NCBI GenBank assembly: GCA_965208615.1
Contig: CBDBPB010000004.1
Span: forward strand, 480,001 to 544,000
Length of the DNA stretch: 64,000 nt
Source of the DNA: Spirochaetota bacterium
GTDB taxonomy: Bacteria > Spirochaetota > UBA6919 > CBDBPB01
Direction: 5' to 3'
Part shown: piece by piece, positions 22,296 through 32,232 of the stretch
Layout: the number at the start of each line of letters is the position of its first letter
Position numbering within the stretch: the first letter of the stretch is position 1
The notes under the pieces: model-generated
What the model saw: only the letters and a program-made list of their open reading frames with translations
Told to the model about the DNA's origin: nothing
Database searches by the model: none
Translations under genes and position numbers: made by a program

Positions 22296-22360
22296 TTTTA
22301 GTTCCTAGTTGTTATTATAAGTTTAATACTGTCAAACAGCCTTATTCTAAAAGAAAAAAA

Positions 22361-22387
22361 TAAATTATTTTATCAATTAGCCGAATA
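22361..22387 (+). promoter_or_regulatory. Candidate sigma-28 (FliA) promoter
   Basis: TAAA-N15-GCCGAATA, 64 nt upstream of the GerMN gene. Confidence 0.45.
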
Positions 22388-22451
22388 GCAAAATATATTA
22401 TTAAATATACAAAAATATTTATTACTATTAGGTTTATAGTCGAGTTAGACC

Positions 22452-23129
22452 ATGAATAGGCGATATAGTTTTAAAAAACGAATCAATAACAAAAATAAAA
22501 AAAAATCCCTCATAAAAAAAGTCTCTTTTGCACTTCTATTATCACTAATACCCATTGGGGTATCCGCTTTTATCCTGCACCATTCAAACTTGCTTAGTGA
22601 TATTTTTGAAAATAAAAATAAAAAAATTGTTAAAACGTTAAAAGATATTAAAAACTACAATGAATATGGCGAAAAAAAAACTAAGCCGGATAATTATTAT
22701 AATAAAGAAGTTATATACTTTTGCCAGATCCTTTCTGATAAAGTAAAACTAACTCCTATTAAAATAAATATTAAATATAATACTAATAAAATAGAAAAGT
22801 TTATGGATACCTTAATTAACCCTCCCAATAACTTGGACGCAAGTTATACCAGTCTAATACCTAAAGGTACCGACTTACTAAACTATAAGTTAAAAGATGG
22901 TTTGTTAATCCTTAACTTTAATGATAAGTTTTTACGCCTTTCTTACGGAGAAATAGGGAATAAATTTAAAGTTTCTCAGGTTGTATCTACCATGACCTCT
23001 ATTAAAGAGGTAGATAGAGTAACCTTTAGGATTAATGGTGAAAAGATTAAATATTTAGATTACGACGGTATTATCTTAAATAAATCTTTTACTAAAAACG
23101 ATATTCACTATCAGTTACCTTTAAATTAA
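22452..23129 (+). CDS. GerMN domain-containing membrane-anchored protein
   Basis: N-terminal TM; SLIPKGTDLL, LILNFNDKF and QVVSTMTSIKEVDRVTFRING motifs. Confidence 0.85.
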   Translation: MNRRYSFKKRINNKNKKKSLIKKVSFALLLSLIPIGVSAFILHHSNLLSDIFENKNKKIVKTLKDIKNYNEYGEKKTKPDNYYNKEVIYFCQILSDKVKLTPIKINIKYNTNKIEKFMDTLINPPNNLDASYTSLIPKGTDLLNYKLKDGLLILNFNDKFLRLSYGEIGNKFKVSQVVSTMTSIKEVDRVTFRINGEKIKYLDYDGIILNKSFTKNDIHYQLPLN

Positions 23130-23275
23130 CTTATAATAATTTTCAAAGTACATTTTTATAGCTATTATATAAAGTAAATAATATACTATTATTATAGTGT
23201 TAAAGATTAATAGTATAAAACCAAAGATATATAGTATTACTATAAAAAGTTAATCTAACTATATAGTCGATTATC

Positions 23276-24931
23276 ATGGACATAATAGAAAAATCCCCAT
23301 TAAATCAATATGATATAAAAGAATATTCTCCGCTAGTTTTTGAAAGGGTAATACAGTCAATTAATATAGAAGTTCCATACTCTTTTATAGCCACTATTAG
23401 CAAAGAATTCTCTATTAATTATGAAGAGCTTTCAATTAGCCTAAGCGATCCGTGGGAAATAAAAACTATACTAAAGCAAATCACTATAGGCAAATTAGAT
23501 AAGGCTATCAATAAAATATATTATACTCTAGATTCAAACTTTCATCTTAAGAATATGTCATTCAAACTGTTTAAGAAAACCCTATCTAAAGAACTATCCG
23601 AACTCGCTAAAATGGATAGTGAAATTATAAGTAAGAGAATAACCATTTTTAGTAAACTATCCCACTATCATTTCGGAAATATAAAAGAAATTTTGCTGTC
23701 TAAAACCCTTAAAGTAAAAAATAAAAAGTTTATAGATTTATATAGCTCTCTTCTAGAGGGATATGAACGTATTTTAATAGCTATCAAAAATAAAGGTATG
23801 AATCTTATAGATACAATTATAGCTTTCGATGAAATTAATTTTCCTTCTGAAGAAGAACTTATAAAGTTCTATGAGAAAAACCATTCCCTATTAGAAGGAA
23901 AATACTTAATTGATAAACTCGAAAATATCTCTATTCTAACTCGCCTTTTTTCCAATAGTAATAATATAGACGTTAGTATCTTTATTAAAGAAGTGCTTGT
24001 TAGTTGGAGAAATGAATATACTGATATTATCCGACATTCAAAAGAACTCAAAAAAATTGAAAAAGAAGAAGCTAAAAAAAAGAAAGTAGACTTTGACGAA
24101 GAACAAATTTATATATTATTTGATGAAATAATACCAAGACTACTTAAGAATAAGAGTTTAAAGTCTATTTTACTAGAAATTAAAAATAAATTTACCTCTC
24201 CAGAAGAAAAAAAACAGCTTAGCAATATACTAATAGCTATAAACACTCTAGAAAAAGATTTCATATATATTTTGCGACACGGAAAACCAGATAAACACTT
24301 TGGAAACTTTAATAAAAACTTATTCGAAAAAAAACCTTATCTTTATCTATCCGTTATATATAGAGCCTTCACAGCCAATAATATTGACTTCCTTGCCAAT
24401 ATATTAAAACATCATGAGGAAAACTACTTTTTAAGAATAGCAGCTAGAAAACTTATTTTTGCAAGAATGATGATGAATAGTCAAATAAAAAATCCAGTAA
24501 GCAAAAATAGAGTTATTGGCATCTTCTTAAGCTCCTTTGAAAAAATGATCCTAAATAAAGAAGAAGTTATAAATACACGAATAGAAACCCTTAAAAAACT
24601 TTCTAAGCTAATGATTAATGGTATCTCCGAACTGGGAGACTCTTTCGATGTACTATTAGGAGATCTATTTGTAAAAGTATTTACCGAGCTACTTGATGTA
24701 AACCTATTAAATAAATATATTCGTGCCAAAAAACTAAGTAAAAAAGAACTAGATAATATTGAGCTATTAAAATGCGGATTTAAACTATATAAAATAGTAT
24801 CCCTAGAAATGAGTAATAATATAAATAAATCAAGACTCCTAAAGCGTAGAAATGAATTTCAACTCATTAAAATAGAGAGAAAACTACTAAGTAATATTAA
24901 AAAAATACAAGCCTATGAAAATGTTCTATAA
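23276..24931 (+). CDS. Hypothetical helical protein (551 aa), paralog of 19701-21542
   Basis: Long ORF sharing motifs such as KKPxxY...N.I.F...EN..LR..AR.L with the 613-aa ORF. Confidence 0.85.
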   Translation: MDIIEKSPLNQYDIKEYSPLVFERVIQSINIEVPYSFIATISKEFSINYEELSISLSDPWEIKTILKQITIGKLDKAINKIYYTLDSNFHLKNMSFKLFKKTLSKELSELAKMDSEIISKRITIFSKLSHYHFGNIKEILLSKTLKVKNKKFIDLYSSLLEGYERILIAIKNKGMNLIDTIIAFDEINFPSEEELIKFYEKNHSLLEGKYLIDKLENISILTRLFSNSNNIDVSIFIKEVLVSWRNEYTDIIRHSKELKKIEKEEAKKKKVDFDEEQIYILFDEIIPRLLKNKSLKSILLEIKNKFTSPEEKKQLSNILIAINTLEKDFIYILRHGKPDKHFGNFNKNLFEKKPYLYLSVIYRAFTANNIDFLANILKHHEENYFLRIAARKLIFARMMMNSQIKNPVSKNRVIGIFLSSFEKMILNKEEVINTRIETLKKLSKLMINGISELGDSFDVLLGDLFVKVFTELLDVNLLNKYIRAKKLSKKELDNIELLKCGFKLYKIVSLEMSNNINKSRLLKRRNEFQLIKIERKLLSNIKKIQAYENVL

Positions 24932-24954
24932 AATAACATTAATAAATATACAAT

Positions 24955-26745
24955 TTACTGTACTAACCTCTCCAAGTCGAATATTAGTTTTTCTATATAT
25001 AATAAGCTCTTTTCCCAAAAGCTTTTACTATTAATATTAACTCCCACAATCTTAGCAATATGAAAAGGACTCGCTGATGACCCCATAGATAAAAACTCTT
25101 TATACTTTGATATAAAAAACTTACCATCTTCTAAATACTTTTGATATAAGGCCATTACAAGCAAATTACCAAAATTATAAGCATATACATAAAAAGGAAC
25201 ATCGTATATATGAGGTATTGATGCCCATTCCCAATAATACTCATCCGTATAACGAACAGACCCTCCAAACATCATATTTAACTCTGATTTATATAGTTCA
25301 CAAAGCTCTTCCCAAGACATAAGCCTCTTTGATATTGTCTTATGTGCACTAATCTCAAAACGTGAAAACATATTTTGTCTATGACTAGTGGCAAAAATAC
25401 TTTCTAACTTATCCGTTAAGATAGCTTTTTTAGTTATAGGGTCACTTTCTTTTTTTAGAAGTAAGTCTGTTATTAGCATTTCAGAAAAAACTGAGGCAGT
25501 CTCAGCCAACGGTAAAATAGGATGATAGCTTAATAAGGTTTGTTTTGCAGAAAAGAAATCATGGATTGCATGTCCTAACTCATGAGCAAGAGTGAATATA
25601 TCCTGTTGTTTACCCAAAAAGTTAAGCATTACATAAGGCTTTAATCCTGGAGTTGAGCCATAACAAAACGCTCCACCCTTTTTTCCATGGCTAACAGGAG
25701 CATCTATACGATTATTATCAAACATAGCCTTAGCCATTTTATAAAAATCATCATCAAAATCAGAAAAACCCTCTAATACTATATCCTTTGCACTATCCCA
25801 CGAATAAAACTGCTGACTCTCAGGCATAGGTGCATAAATATCCGCAAGAGTCATGTCATCAAGGGATAGCATACTAGCCTTAAGCTTATAATAACGACTG
25901 ACCAACTTATAAGACTCAGTAGTAACCTCATGGAGTACATCAACAGACAAATCCTCAAGATCATTATTTATATTCATCATGCTAATTGCCGAGGGATAAC
26001 TACGTAAACCTAATTCAATACTATGATTTTTAACAATATTATTATAAATATGGCTTAGTATAAGCTTATTTTCTTTATACTTGCTAAAAAACAACTTCAT
26101 AGCCCGTCTTCTAATATCAGAGTTTGGATGCTGTCTTAATGCCCTAAGCTCACTATTATTCATAATTTTAGTTTCACCGTCCAGCTCAAACTCAAACCTA
26201 AAAGAAGACGTTAACTCACTATATAGCTTTCTAAAAGCCTTTACCCCAGATAAATCCTTTAGATTTATTATCTGTTCTTCTTTTTCCGATAAATTATATT
26301 TAGCAGTATCCCAGGTTCTTTTTAGCCTATATTTATATTTGTCAGAAAAGGAACTAAACTTATTAATCCTATCCTTAGGAAGCATGCCTAATTCAATATT
26401 AAAAAATACAATACTGTTTGATATATAAGCTATCTCCTCATCAACTCTGGCTCTCAACTGCTTTATACTGTTATTAGACGTGTCAGTGGCATAACTAAGA
26501 TAAGTATATTGAGAAAGCCTATACAAAGGGGATAACAAATCCTCTAACTCAACATAGGCACTCTCAATTTTATCAAGGGATAAACTGTTTAACTTGCCTT
26601 TATATTTAGAGATAAATATATTAGCCTTTTCTTTTGCCTCTTTTATTGTCAAGTCAATCTTTGGATCATCAATACCGCTAAATAAATCAGTTAATACCCA
26701 CCTAACATCATTTACACCAGTCCTATCTTTGGAACTATTATCCAT
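24955..26745 (-). CDS. pepF: M3 family oligoendopeptidase F
   Basis: GKKGGAFC, TLAHELGHAIH (HEXXH), AETASVFSE and HIYDVPFYVYAY motifs. Confidence 0.92.
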   Translation of the reverse strand: MDNSSKDRTGVNDVRWVLTDLFSGIDDPKIDLTIKEAKEKANIFISKYKGKLNSLSLDKIESAYVELEDLLSPLYRLSQYTYLSYATDTSNNSIKQLRARVDEEIAYISNSIVFFNIELGMLPKDRINKFSSFSDKYKYRLKRTWDTAKYNLSEKEEQIINLKDLSGVKAFRKLYSELTSSFRFEFELDGETKIMNNSELRALRQHPNSDIRRRAMKLFFSKYKENKLILSHIYNNIVKNHSIELGLRSYPSAISMMNINNDLEDLSVDVLHEVTTESYKLVSRYYKLKASMLSLDDMTLADIYAPMPESQQFYSWDSAKDIVLEGFSDFDDDFYKMAKAMFDNNRIDAPVSHGKKGGAFCYGSTPGLKPYVMLNFLGKQQDIFTLAHELGHAIHDFFSAKQTLLSYHPILPLAETASVFSEMLITDLLLKKESDPITKKAILTDKLESIFATSHRQNMFSRFEISAHKTISKRLMSWEELCELYKSELNMMFGGSVRYTDEYYWEWASIPHIYDVPFYVYAYNFGNLLVMALYQKYLEDGKFFISKYKEFLSMGSSASPFHIAKIVGVNINSKSFWEKSLLYIEKLIFDLERLVQ

Positions 26746-26848
26746 GCTATCCCCTATTTAAATAGTTATGATTATAAACATTAAGGTAAGAAAAATGTCT
26801 TAACAAATATTAGTGTACCATAAAGTGATACACCAATATAAACAAATA

Positions 26849-27874
<1,026 letters not shown>

Positions 27875-28030
27875 CTAAATTATATGGATTATTCCTTTAA
27901 AGTAAAGAAAGTATAATAAGTTAAGGGAAAAAATCAAGTATCCATATAAAATCTTATTAAATAGTCTAATTTTTAGCTAAAACTTGATCATTAATGTTTT
28001 TTTATATATATTATGTATTGATTTTATTAT

Positions 28031-28101
28031 TCTCCCCTTGTGTAATGGTAGCACGACAGGTTTTGGTCTTGTTTGTCGAGGTTCGAATCCTTGGGGGAGA
28101 G
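28031..28101 (+). tRNA. tRNA-Gln(TTG)
   Basis: TCTCCCCTTGTGTAATGGTAGCACGACAGGTTTTGGTCTTGTTTGTCGAGGTTCGAATCCTTGGGGGAGAG; U1-A72 pair, anticodon TTG. Confidence 0.93.
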
Positions 28102-28112
28102 AATAAAATTAT

Positions 28113-28185
28113 GGGGGTGTAGCTCAGCTGGGAGAGCAACTGCCTTGCACGCAGTAGGTCAGGGGTTCAAATCCCCTCACCTCCA
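28113..28185 (+). tRNA. tRNA-Ala(TGC)
   Basis: GGGGGTGTAGCTCAGCTGGGAGAGCAACTGCCTTGCACGCAGT...CACCTCCA; G3:U70 identity pair. Confidence 0.96.
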
Positions 28186-28187
28186 AG

Positions 28188-28619
28188 TTATGATTTAATA
28201 TTAATTCCTCCATCTTGGTCTAGGTCAACATCAATGCTATCATTTTTTGTAGTATGGGCGGCTACTCTAGTCCAAGCTAGTTTAAGCTCGTTTAAATAAA
28301 CAATAACCTCTTTTAAAGGGTCAGACGATTTTTTAATATTCCCCTCTACTAGCTTCTTATTCATATAAGTATATAAACTATATAACTTATCGGCGAAGTC
28401 GCCAACATCAAAGTTTAATGATAACATCAACTCAGAAATAATGTCCTGAGCCTTTATAATGTTATTGTTAACTAAATCATACTTTTTATCAGGAAGACCA
28501 CTAAGAGCTATATTTAAAAACTTTATAGCTCCATCGTACAACATAACAATTAGCCTACCCTGATTAGCAGTTTTTACCTGTGTTTCTTTATAATGAGAAG
28601 AGGCATCCATTAGGTGCAA
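28188..28619 (-). CDS. fliS: Flagellin export chaperone FliS
   Basis: TANQGRLIVMLYDGAIKF, KAQDIISELMLSL, LYSLYTYM and ELKLAW motifs. Confidence 0.95.
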   Translation of the reverse strand: MHLMDASSHYKETQVKTANQGRLIVMLYDGAIKFLNIALSGLPDKKYDLVNNNIIKAQDIISELMLSLNFDVGDFADKLYSLYTYMNKKLVEGNIKKSSDPLKEVIVYLNELKLAWTRVAAHTTKNDSIDVDLDQDGGINIKS

Positions 28620-28698
28620 CGTTCACTCCTTAATATATAAATTATAAGATAAAGTATTTCCCTAAGTTAAGGGCATTTAAGCTTTTTTAATAAATAGT

Positions 28699-28726
28699 TA
28701 ATCGGTTAAAACTAGATTGAGCTTTA
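28699..28726 (-). promoter_or_regulatory. Sigma-28 promoter upstream of fliS
   Basis: TAAA-N16-ACCGATTA on the minus strand; fliS is a typical late flagellar gene. Confidence 0.6.
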
Positions 28727-28769
28727 ATTAAATCACTGAGTAGTTGTTCATTTCAATGATAATTTTAAA

Positions 28770-29615
28770 CTATGTACTAGATTTATCAAACTTATTTACT
28801 AGCTCAACTATCTTAGTAGTATCCAGCATCTCACCCCTTATATTAGGATTAATAGAGCAACTATCCAGTATATCAACAATAAAATCTTTATCAAAGTTAA
28901 TATACTTACTCTTATATAAAGAATTAAGAATAGTCTTTCTTCTATAAGAAAATATAGACCTAACTACATTAAAAAATAACTCTTTATTAAAGATCTCAAA
29001 TTGACTAGACTTATCAAAACGAATAACCATAGACCTAACCTTAGGAATAGGAAAAAATACGTTTTCACTAATCTCAAATAAAGCCTTTGGACTATAGTAT
29101 GCCTGGCAAAATACAGATATAGAGCTATATTCACTAGTTCCAGGAGCTGCTATCACCCTTTGACCAAACTCTTTTTGAACAGTAAATATCATTGAGTTAA
29201 TAAAATTAATATAGTTAAAACATTTTTCTAAAATAGGACTGGTAATATAATATGGTATGTTAGCCAATATCTTAGCAGGTGAGGTAATATATTTATCTAA
29301 GTCTGCTTTTAAAAAATCACTAGAGATAACCTTAACGTTATTATAATCCTTAAAGTTATCCCTTAATAGCTCTGCAAGCTTAAAATCAACTTCAAAAACA
29401 ATAATATTTGCTCCAGTTTCTAATATAGAAGATGTTAGATGCCCTAAACCGCCTCCAATCTCAATAACCAGATCATTAGGATTAATATTTGCCTCTTGAA
29501 CAAGCTTTTTTAATATATTTTTATCTATTAAGAAGTTTTGTCCTCTTTTTTTAGTCAAGTAAATTTTATTATCTTTTAGGTAGTTAGTAAGCTGTTGCCT
29601 TGAAAATGATATCAA
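28770..29615 (-). CDS. rsmA: 16S rRNA m6,2A dimethyltransferase KsgA/RsmA
   Basis: KKRGQNFLID, IEIGGGLG, ANIPYYITSP and FFPIPKVRS motifs. Confidence 0.96.
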   Translation of the reverse strand: MISFSRQQLTNYLKDNKIYLTKKRGQNFLIDKNILKKLVQEANINPNDLVIEIGGGLGHLTSSILETGANIIVFEVDFKLAELLRDNFKDYNNVKVISSDFLKADLDKYITSPAKILANIPYYITSPILEKCFNYINFINSMIFTVQKEFGQRVIAAPGTSEYSSISVFCQAYYSPKALFEISENVFFPIPKVRSMVIRFDKSSQFEIFNKELFFNVVRSIFSYRRKTILNSLYKSKYINFDKDFIVDILDSCSINPNIRGEMLDTTKIVELVNKFDKSST

Positions 29616-29702
29616 TATACCCTCAAAACTATTGGTATTAATAAATTAATAGCTAATATTAGCATAAACTGTTGTTTATTGATTTATACAAAAGATATTG
29701 TT

Positions 29703-30746
29703 TTAAGAAATATATAGTAAAGTTAATACAATTGTTAATATCAAGAAAAACAAAGCCAATAATGTAATTATCAAAGACTTTTTTGATAATTTTTCGTCCT
29801 CCTCAGCTTCGCTTACAGAAGAAATAGTTGCTACTTTTACATCCTCACTCTCGGATACCTTTACTAATATATATGGAGCAATTAATATATGTATTTCGTG
29901 TCCCATATCATTTTTCTTATGGCTTATAACTTCTCCGGTAATAGTTTTCATAGTCTGGTTTTCTTTATCGTAAAAGGACAGCTTAGTTGCAATATTAATT
30001 GCCTTTTCAGTTTTTTCGGTAATGAGTACTTTAATATAATCCCCTTTGACAATAGCTTTTATATCCTTTCCATCAACAGGGGATAGTATTACCTTTCCAT
30101 CAATAATCATATTCCCCGCAAACTCATTACTATCTGTACTAAGGTCTTTTTTCTCTATTTGCTCTTTTAGTGATTCATTATTGTCCTGTTCAATGCGTAC
30201 AGTACTAATTAACTCAAAGTCCACAGAAGTTAGTTTTTCAGTATCGATTTGTATAGCAATATTATCTATACTGAACAACTCTTCTATAATTTTACTAAAA
30301 AGATTTGTTAATTTATCATAGTTGTCAAGCTTTATATACGATAATATATTCTCTATAGTATTACTAGTTATTCTATCAATAAATAGCTTGTTTATTGTAT
30401 CTAATGAGTTATTATCTAGTTCAACCTCAATAATATCCCTTATAGACCTTTCATGTATTTTCCAAGTTTCAAAAGGCTTAACCTTATATATATTGGGTAG
30501 TTTTCCTGTACAAATAACTAACCCCACAACAGAACTTAACTCAATGGATAAATATACAGAAAAAGCTCCAAAGTAATTCTCATCTCTATTTTTATACCTT
30601 GCCTTTATAATAACTATATCTCGATAACTGCCATTAACAACATCTCTAGCAAGATCCTCATTTTCTTTGGTATAACGACGGGCTATACGAAGTTTTTCTT
30701 CATAGGATAAGTTATCTTTAGGGTTACTGTCCATGGTTATTCGCAC
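29703..30746 (-). CDS. Hypothetical tail-anchored membrane protein (possibly DUF4899-like)
   Basis: ILSPVDGKDIKAIVKGDYIKV motif and a single C-terminal TM helix. Confidence 0.7.
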   Translation of the reverse strand: MRITMDSNPKDNLSYEEKLRIARRYTKENEDLARDVVNGSYRDIVIIKARYKNRDENYFGAFSVYLSIELSSVVGLVICTGKLPNIYKVKPFETWKIHERSIRDIIEVELDNNSLDTINKLFIDRITSNTIENILSYIKLDNYDKLTNLFSKIIEELFSIDNIAIQIDTEKLTSVDFELISTVRIEQDNNESLKEQIEKKDLSTDSNEFAGNMIIDGKVILSPVDGKDIKAIVKGDYIKVLITEKTEKAINIATKLSFYDKENQTMKTITGEVISHKKNDMGHEIHILIAPYILVKVSESEDVKVATISSVSEAEEDEKLSKKSLIITLLALFFLILTIVLTLLYIS

Positions 30747-30776
30747 TAATAATTTTTAATTAAGCCAAGTTTTTTT

Positions 30777-31712
30777 TTATTTTGATTGACTTATTAACCT
30801 TACAACACCTTTAACCCCTTTAGACCTTTCAATAACTTGAATTTTTTTTAAGCCTATAGCAAATTGATTTAATGTACTCTCTATCTTATTGATCTCTTCA
30901 TGGTATCCTAATAATATCATAACTTTTGTAACTATCCATTCAGCAATACCTTCCCAGAGTATTTTGCTAATTTGATGTATAAAATATTTACTCTGCCATA
31001 ACATAACGTATTCATAAGTCAAAACTGAAATAAAAGTACTAATATGCAATCCCTTTAAAATATAAATCGTATATTTATTTTCATTCATACTAAAAAAACT
31101 CGGATAAAGTTCATACTTTCTATCATTTTTAGCAGTTATCATTTTTCCCATAGCCATTTTATTTATGCCATATCTTATCTCAGTCTTAGTAAGCAATTTA
31201 ATAGATAAGTGTTCAATTATATCTAAATTCATTTTTTTGTCTAGTATATTAGCAACATTCATCAAAATATTATCTGCCACCTCTTCTGTTAGTATTGAGC
31301 AAGGCTGACAATCTTTACAAAGATAAAAACTATTTTCAACAAGCAATAACTTTTTAGCTCTGTCATTGGCAGGAAAACCACATCTAGAACACTTATATCT
31401 TAAACCTATACACCTTTTACAAAAAAAACCCTGAATACCATAAATAATACCTAAAGATCCACTTTCCAATTCACTATCACAACTTCCACAATGATATTTG
31501 TTAGAATAACAGTCCATACATATTCTCACTGACTCAAGTAAAACAGTTTTTGATGACGGTAATTTACAAATAAAACATTTATCGGACTTAGTAAAACAAT
31601 GATTGCAATAAATCTTTTTATATTTGTCATATCTATGATATTTGTTTTTTACGCTTTTATTACAAATATTACATTTTATAGTCTTATTTTCTACATCCAG
31701 CCCTGCTATCAT
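30777..31712 (-). CDS. LIM-like zinc-finger / DA1-like peptidase-fold protein with degenerate HExxH
   Basis: Eight CxxC pairs in the N-half; C-half has IYILKGL...SVLTYEYVMLWQ...EGIAEW (DA1-like pattern LAHExxHxW...EG). Confidence 0.7.
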   Translation of the reverse strand: MIAGLDVENKTIKCNICNKSVKNKYHRYDKYKKIYCNHCFTKSDKCFICKLPSSKTVLLESVRICMDCYSNKYHCGSCDSELESGSLGIIYGIQGFFCKRCIGLRYKCSRCGFPANDRAKKLLLVENSFYLCKDCQPCSILTEEVADNILMNVANILDKKMNLDIIEHLSIKLLTKTEIRYGINKMAMGKMITAKNDRKYELYPSFFSMNENKYTIYILKGLHISTFISVLTYEYVMLWQSKYFIHQISKILWEGIAEWIVTKVMILLGYHEEINKIESTLNQFAIGLKKIQVIERSKGVKGVVRLISQSK

Positions 31713-31895
31713 TTATGCCTCCTTTATAGTATGATATTTATAAAGTATACACAGTTATATATTATAGTCTTTTAGCCTTAAGTCTTATAATCGGATGAAA
31801 TCAACAACTTGAAAGGGAAAAAATAATTGATTTTTTTCTTAATTTAATTACTTTTACATATAATCAGTAGAATGATAATAGAAAAGGTGCTAATA

Positions 31896-32213
31896 ATGAA
31901 AAAGTATGTTATTTATGCTATTATATTTACGCTTATAATTTTATGCGGCTATATAGTCTTTAAGCTTGCCTTTCCAACACAAAGTCAAAAACTATCAAGG
32001 TATATAGGAGTAAGTGCTAAACTAACTATACCAAAAGACTGTGTAAAAATCATAAGTATAAACTTTGTTAGCCGTCCTAATGATAAAACATCAAAATATC
32101 TAACCTATATGAATACAAAAGGAGAGCTTATTTCTAAAGAATATACAGATTATGGTATCCTTGAGGGTGAAATAAAATGGAAAAACTTTAATAGCTCAAT
32201 GATATCCAAATAA
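31896..32213 (+). CDS. Hypothetical membrane-anchored or secreted protein
   Basis: MKKYVIYAIIFTLIILCGY leader with AAGG SD; directly upstream of ptsP. Confidence 0.7.
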   Translation: MKKYVIYAIIFTLIILCGYIVFKLAFPTQSQKLSRYIGVSAKLTIPKDCVKIISINFVSRPNDKTSKYLTYMNTKGELISKEYTDYGILEGEIKWKNFNSSMISK

Positions 32214-32232
32214 TGACTTATGTTATCAGTGG

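Noticed and set aside
23246-23275. Sigma-28-like GTCGATTA before the 551-aa paralog
   Set aside because: It ends only 2 nt before the ATG and has no convincing -35 at the right spacing.
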